A DNA stretch of 29,377 bases, taken from the IMG/VR virus record IMGVR_UViG_3300003972_000002, positions 1-29,377 of that record, one strand, 5' to 3'. Under the pieces are notes generated by a model. The model saw only the letters and a list, made by a program, of their open reading frames with translations. It made no database searches and was not told the origin of the DNA. The translations under genes and the position numbers were made by a program. The first letter of the stretch is position 1, and each line of letters begins with the position of its first letter. This DNA comes from a virus. Its lineage: Duplodnaviria > Caudoviricetes. Positions 25,149 through 29,377 of this stretch are shown here, piece by piece.

Positions 25149-26665
25149 TGCCGCCTGCCGATTTGGTCGCTCATGTCCGAGGTGATGTAGGCGCCGATGT
25201 TGATCGGGCCGTTTGTTCCGTTGCCGAGCAAGTCCAGGTAGTCGGTTGCCGCGTTCCGGTACGGCGACCCAGATTCCAGTCGGAAATCCCCATTCTCGGC
25301 ATCCGCAAACAGCGGGTCGGTGTCGCCGAACAGCCCATGCTCGTCGCGCGGCGGCGTGTCGCCCTGCCAAGCCGAGACGCTGATCGAACTGCCCTCCGGG
25401 TCGCCGGCAAACTGTGTGTAGCCGCTGCAACCGTTGTAATCCCAACGGAGGCGGTCGGTGTGCGATCCGTCGGTGTACGTCCAGTTGCACGCATACACAT
25501 TCACGTAGGCGTTGTTTCGAACAACGATGGTGCCATCGACGAAGCTCCCCTCCGGCCCTTGCGTGACGAAGCCACCGGGCTGCCATGTCCCGGACTCGTA
25601 TCGGTATCCGTTGCCGACGGTGTTATTGACGAACGCAATGCCTGCCGGCTCGTTGGAGCCGTAGGACTTCGCCGCCAGCGCGATCTGCGCCCTGGTTACC
25701 ACGTTCTGATACACCCGTACCCAATTCTCAGGATCGGTCTGGATCGGGTTCGAGACAACGATTCCGCCATTCGACTGATCCACGCGATTGTGGTGGATAT
25801 CGATGTTGGCCACCTGGATGCCTTCTCGTTGGCCCTTGCTCCAGATCGCTGTCGGTAGCACCTCAAGCGTGTTGTGATGAATGCTGCCGTTCGCCGAGTT
25901 GAAGAGCATGATGCCCGTCGTGTTGTGCGGGGCGCCGCCGGTAAGGGCCGATCCAGTGGACGTGATGTAGCTGTCCGCCAATTCGAACCCGTCGACGAAC
26001 TCAATGTGGACCACGCTACGGTTGCCGTCGGTGCCGAAATGGTCGCCCAGTATGTCGAGGTACATGCGCACCGCCGCCACGTTCTCGGATTCCCAGAATC
26101 CGACCAACGCCACCTCGCCGCTGCCGCCGCCGGCCTGAGTCTGCGGCGACCCCGAAAGCGACTCGATCACGAACCCGTCGAGCACGACGAACTCGCTCTG
26201 CCAGAACCCGATCAGTGTTCCGCCGCCCGTGCCGCGCGTCAGGCGAGTCGCGCGCGCGGGGTCGCCGGGATACTGCGCCTTGTGAACGACTCGTCGCGTC
26301 GCGCTGGCACCGCTGGCCGGGACGAGCGTCGGATACTTCTGTCCCGACGCGTTCGAGCCGTTGACGGTCAGCGTCCCCTGCAGCCACAGGACGACGCGGT
26401 CCTCGTCTTCCGACGACGCTGTGATCGCCAGCCCCTGAGTCGGGTTGTATGGATCCTCCAACGTGCCGGCGCCCTGTGATGTTTTCTCGGGATCGACGTA
26501 TGCGTACGGCTCCAGCGCGTCCCACTCATACAACTGGCTCGGACCCGGACCAGGATCTGCCGCCACATACAACCGCGGGCCGCTCTGAGTGATTAGACCG
26601 GCAGAGGACACGACCGCCTGCATCACAAGTAGAGTGACGCAGACCAGCCGGAACAATGATTTCAC
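25145..26665 (-). CDS. Signal-peptide right-handed beta-helix protein
   Basis: MKSLFRLVCVTLLVMQAVVSSA|GL; GTLEDPY, IHHN repeats, VNNTV, VRNN; C-terminal DPLFADAENGDFRLESGSPY...NIGAY. Confidence 0.82.
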   Translation of the reverse strand: MKSLFRLVCVTLLVMQAVVSSAGLITQSGPRLYVAADPGPGPSQLYEWDALEPYAYVDPEKTSQGAGTLEDPYNPTQGLAITASSEDEDRVVLWLQGTLTVNGSNASGQKYPTLVPASGASATRRVVHKAQYPGDPARATRLTRGTGGGTLIGFWQSEFVVLDGFVIESLSGSPQTQAGGGSGEVALVGFWESENVAAVRMYLDILGDHFGTDGNRSVVHIEFVDGFELADSYITSTGSALTGGAPHNTTGIMLFNSANGSIHHNTLEVLPTAIWSKGQREGIQVANIDIHHNRVDQSNGGIVVSNPIQTDPENWVRVYQNVVTRAQIALAAKSYGSNEPAGIAFVNNTVGNGYRYESGTWQPGGFVTQGPEGSFVDGTIVVRNNAYVNVYACNWTYTDGSHTDRLRWDYNGCSGYTQFAGDPEGSSISVSAWQGDTPPRDEHGLFGDTDPLFADAENGDFRLESGSPYRNAATDYLDLLGNGTNGPINIGAYITSDMSDQIGRRQ

Positions 26666-26692
26666 GGCGCGCCCACTAGTCCTGTTGGGGTG

Positions 26693-27136
26693 TCACCCAA
26701 TCGTCAGCTCGATCGTCACGTCGGTTGGTACGCCGGGTAGCACGTCGAGCACGATTTGCTTGCTCACCTGATTGCTCAGCGGGCTGTCGCCGGCGGCGTT
26801 GCGGGCCGACACGCGAGCGTAGAGCGTCTGACCGTTCTGGACCTGCATCGTGTGCTGCGTCGTGGTCTCGCCGGCAGCCAGCGTCAAGGTCGGTGCACCG
26901 GTCGGCTGATCCGGGATCGGGCTTGTGTCGATCCATACGTGTACCGCCTGCAGTTGGGCATTGCCTGTGAGCGGCAGGTCGCAGACCGGCGGCTCGACGC
27001 CAACCAAGCAGCCGGTCGTCGGCAGTGTCCAGCGCAAGGTCAGCTTGCCCGGGACGGTCTGCGCCAGCGCCACGCCTGCGCACAGCAGGCACAGCACGAC
27101 CAACGCGCCGTAGAAGGCGACAGGATTGCGGGTCAT
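26693..27136 (-). CDS. Signal-peptide fibronectin type III-like protein
   Basis: Start re-called at ATG 27136 after GGAG; signal ...LCAGVALA|QT; LTLRWTLP and YARVSARNAAGDSPLSN FN3 motifs. Confidence 0.82.
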   Translation of the reverse strand: MTRNPVAFYGALVVLCLLCAGVALAQTVPGKLTLRWTLPTTGCLVGVEPPVCDLPLTGNAQLQAVHVWIDTSPIPDQPTGAPTLTLAAGETTTQHTMQVQNGQTLYARVSARNAAGDSPLSNQVSKQIVLDVLPGVPTDVTIELTIG

Positions 27137-27210
27137 GCAAAGCTCCGAATAGGTGGCCGCGACACGCCCGGTGGTCAGGTGACTTCGTGGGGATGTTGGC
27201 GAGCGCGGCC

Positions 27211-27249
27211 AAAAACGAAAACCCCGCCGAGCTTTCGCCGGGCAGGGTT
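27211..27249 (-). terminator. tR'-like terminator downstream of the late promoter
   Basis: Minus strand AACCCTGCCCGGC-GAAA-GCTCGGCGGGGTT then TTCGTTTTT. Confidence 0.75.
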
Positions 27250-27258
27250 CGGAAGGAC

Positions 27259-27307
27259 AGTATGTGACTCTGAACCTGTATATATCCTTTCTGTGACGGA
27301 AAGGCAA
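27259..27307 (-). promoter_or_regulatory. pR'-like late promoter with downstream -10-like pause element
   Basis: TTGCCT (27302-27307)-17 nt-TATATA (27279-27284); CATACT (27259-27264); immediately after the Q-like gene. Confidence 0.6.
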
Positions 27308-27309
27308 TA

Positions 27310-27717
27310 TCAATCAACAGGCAGCCCGGCGAGCTTTCGGCGCGCTCGGCTCACCCGCTTTCGCAGCGCCTCTTCCGTGATCCCCGCCTTCCGGCACTTG
27401 TGCTCGATCGGCCAGAGCGTGCCGTCCGGCTTCACTCGGATCACGTACCAGATCCAGACCGCCTCGCGCTCGTACTCGGTCAACACCTGCAGCAGCCGAG
27501 CGTGCACCGCGTAGACCATGGGTGGCATGTCGAGGCACAGGATCTTGTGACCTGGCGAGCCGCCGCCTCGACCAGATCGCCATGCTTCCAGCGCGCTGAC
27601 GCCAGGGTACCCCTCGAAGTCCATATGCTTCTCGACCCACCGGCCCCAGACGTTGAGCTCGTAGTTGATGCCCTGGAGTTCGTAGCGCTCGGCGTGCCGA
27701 TCCAGTTTTGCGCTCAT
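27310..27717 (-). CDS. Antitermination protein Q-like
   Basis: INYELNVWGRWV N-terminal motif, C-terminal HTH-like GITEEALRKRVSRAR; followed by promoter plus terminator; TGATG-coupled start at 27717. Confidence 0.7.
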   Translation of the reverse strand: MSAKLDRHAERYELQGINYELNVWGRWVEKHMDFEGYPGVSALEAWRSGRGGGSPGHKILCLDMPPMVYAVHARLLQVLTEYEREAVWIWYVIRVKPDGTLWPIEHKCRKAGITEEALRKRVSRARRKLAGLPVD

Positions 27718-27845
27718 CACTTCCGCCATGTCACAGTCCCGCCGTACTGCCTCACCTGCTCCTCCAACTCGTGCCGCTTGCGCGCAACGGGATCGCGCCA
27801 GTACCAGTTAGCTAGGCGTTCCAGGAGAGCTTTGATTACCGCCAT
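27717..27845 (-). CDS. Small hypothetical protein (42 aa), not in ORF track
   Basis: Manual translation MAVIKALLERLANWYWRDPVARKRHELEEQVRQYGGTVTWRK*; fills the gap and couples to the Q start. Confidence 0.5.
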   Translation of the reverse strand: MAVIKALLERLANWYWRDPVARKRHELEEQVRQYGGTVTWRK

Positions 27846-28207
27846 GGTGATTTCCCAGTTACCTTGATCGATCTGCCGTACTGCGCGCGGAAGTGTTTCG
27901 CCTTCCAGCGAAACATCGGCGTCTTGAATCCCTTCACGTCCTCGACGATCTGCTCGCCGTCCTCGACGTACATGAAATCCGCGATGTAGTAGCCGATCAG
28001 TTCGCCGTCGACGAGAAGTGGAAACTTCACCTGCTCCCGCAAATCGCTGATCTTCCCGGCGCGCTGCAGGAGCTTCAGTTCCTCGGCACGCATCGCCTCG
28101 GCCTTCGAGGCGTAGCCGTTGGTATGCTTCGCCCCGAACTTATTTGCCGGCTTGGCCTTCGCATTGCGGCCAATCAGCGCGGCGTACTGCTCCTCGGTAA
28201 GCCTCAC
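27836..28207 (-). CDS. DUF1064-like PD-(D/E)XK nuclease
   Basis: GTG start at 28207 (GTGA overlap); NKFGAK, SKAEAMR, QVKFPL, YIADFMY, VEDVKG. Confidence 0.85.
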   Translation of the reverse strand: MRLTEEQYAALIGRNAKAKPANKFGAKHTNGYASKAEAMRAEELKLLQRAGKISDLREQVKFPLLVDGELIGYYIADFMYVEDGEQIVEDVKGFKTPMFRWKAKHFRAQYGRSIKVTGKSPWR

Positions 28208-28686
28208 CGCGCCACCCCATTGCACCGGCACTCGGCGTAAGACTTCGTACATGTGGGGCACCAGTCGGGATTGCGAGCAACTGGCGGAGGTTGGGCGGCT
28301 CGCTCCCTCAACGGCGACGGCTCAACACCGCCCTCGCGGCAGAATCGGATGATGTGCTTCCAGTCGGAATCTTTGCGCGCCTGTCGCATCGCCAGCAGCA
28401 GGCAGTTGCGCAGTGCTGATTCGCGATCTGCGGCAAGCTGCTTGTAGTGCGCGTTCTCGGCCATCACCACCGCATGGGCCGACTCGGTGCGGATCAGGTC
28501 GCGGCGTAGCTCCTCATTCTCAGCCACCCTCGCCTCTCGGGTGCCGACTTCGCGGGCGAGCTCGTCCCGGAGGTGCTGGATGTACGGGTCGATCTCTGAT
28601 GCGTAGTAGATATCGTCCTGCACAGCCTCGCACCACACAGGCCAAGGTGCATCATCCACATCCTTTGTCGGGAGTTGGTCGGTCAT
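28204..28686 (-). CDS. Hypothetical nin-region protein with coiled coil
   Basis: ATGA-coupled start at 28686 (MTDQLPTK); C-terminal CPTC...CRC. Confidence 0.65.
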   Translation of the reverse strand: MTDQLPTKDVDDAPWPVWCEAVQDDIYYASEIDPYIQHLRDELAREVGTREARVAENEELRRDLIRTESAHAVVMAENAHYKQLAADRESALRNCLLLAMRQARKDSDWKHIIRFCREGGVEPSPLRERAAQPPPVARNPDWCPTCTKSYAECRCNGVAR

Positions 28687-29150
28687 GCCGCGGATCCCCA
28701 GCGAATCTTCGGCTCTGTCGGATGCGCGTCGATCCGCGGGCGTGATCGGCGCGACCAACTCCCGCCGCCCGTTTCCGCTTCTGCCTCAAACCCAGCTGCC
28801 CGCAGGCTCGCGCCACCCTCAGAGGGCAGCGTGTAGCTGATCGTTCGCGTGTAGCCCATCTGTTGCGCTATGCGCCGGCATCGCGCGTACAGCATTGAGC
28901 AACCATTTCTCACGCCCGGTAGAACGCAGACACGGACAACCTCGCAATACCCCTTTCGCTGAAGGATTCTTGAGACGGGCCGGCCGGCAATGGCTACGCC
29001 TACGAGTTCACCGGAGCGCATGAGTGCAATCGCCCACAGTCCGCCTTGTGGCATATCGTGGTGCCGGTGATGCTCCTGAACGAATGCCCGCGCTTGGCGC
29101 AGCGTTACAGGCCGGATACTCAGATCCTTTGTCGTGCGCTGCTCGCTCAT
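28683..29150 (-). CDS. XF1762-family / Mom-like GNAT-fold protein
   Basis: ATGA-coupled start at 29150; AFVQEHHRHH, GVAIAGRPVSR, EVVRVC, NGCSMLY, YTL..E.GASLRAAGF. Confidence 0.75.
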   Translation of the reverse strand: MSEQRTTKDLSIRPVTLRQARAFVQEHHRHHDMPQGGLWAIALMRSGELVGVAIAGRPVSRILQRKGYCEVVRVCVLPGVRNGCSMLYARCRRIAQQMGYTRTISYTLPSEGGASLRAAGFEAEAETGGGSWSRRSRPRIDAHPTEPKIRWGSAA

Positions 29151-29377
29151 GTTGTTTGTTCCACGTGGCACTCTTTCGAATGTTTCTTGGCTTGATACAT
29201 AGCCCGTTGCTTCGCCAGCTTTTCCCGATGCATCTCGCACATCGCCTTCACGATCTCTTTGTCAAAGCCAGAGTCGATGTGCTTGCCTTGCGGTGAGTAC
29301 GCGTTGTAGTAGGCGCGGCCGTTGGGGCCGTAAGCCCAGGTGATCTTGTAGCCGTGCTCATTAGTGGCTTCGCGCTT
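29147..29377 (-). CDS. Partial hypothetical protein (5' end outside window)
   Basis: Manual translation ...KREATNEHGYKITWAYGPNGRAYYNAYSPQGKHIDSGFDKEIVKAMCEMHREKLAKQ...EQTT*; stop overlaps the next ATG. Confidence 0.6.
   Translation of the reverse strand, partial: KREATNEHGYKITWAYGPNGRAYYNAYSPQGKHIDSGFDKEIVKAMCEMHREKLAKQRAMYQAKKHSKECHVEQTT

Larger units (their letters stand above)
1..29377 (-). mobile_element. HK97/lambda-like siphovirus (phage or prophage) late region; ends not visible in window
   Basis: Co-oriented Q, HNH, terminase, protease, capsid, portal, neck, tail tube, chaperone, tape measure and tailspike genes with many ATGA/GTGA/TGATG/TAATG overlaps. Confidence 0.97.

Noticed and set aside
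25149-25586. N-terminal extension of the 407 aa track ORF
   Set aside because: It overlaps the beta-helix gene in another frame; the signal peptide and ATGA coupling place the start at 25148.
26676-27317. 213 aa minus ORF and the upstream extension of the FN3 ORF
   Set aside because: They cross the late promoter and terminator; the alternative frame is Arg/Ala-rich with no recognisable motifs.

Overview
This window is the late (morphogenesis) region of an HK97/lambda-type long-tailed temperate phage or prophage, and nearly all genes lie on the minus strand. In transcription order (right to left) it holds: nin-region genes (XF1762/Mom-like GNAT, DUF1064-like nuclease); a Q-like antiterminator with a pR'-like promoter and terminator; four signal-peptide proteins (FN3, beta-helix, LamG-like, fibre-like) plus fibre-adaptor genes; HNH, TerS, TerL, prohead protease, major capsid and portal; an inserted ~2 kb cassette; a collagen-like protein and head-tail connector; a three-enzyme glycosylation/ATP-grasp cassette; neck and tail genes with a -1 frameshifted chaperone; tape measure, tail tip proteins and a beta-helix tailspike. 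The most striking element is the inserted cassette (13101-15048). It encodes a stand-alone Cas7/RAMP-like protein, an accessory protein and a divergent XRE regulator. These are followed by a ~375 nt non-coding array of GGN-NN pentamers, divided into six units by 4-nt phase slips and closed by its own terminator. This is a candidate RNA-guided, non-CRISPR system. All family assignments come from motif recognition by eye; no searches were run.
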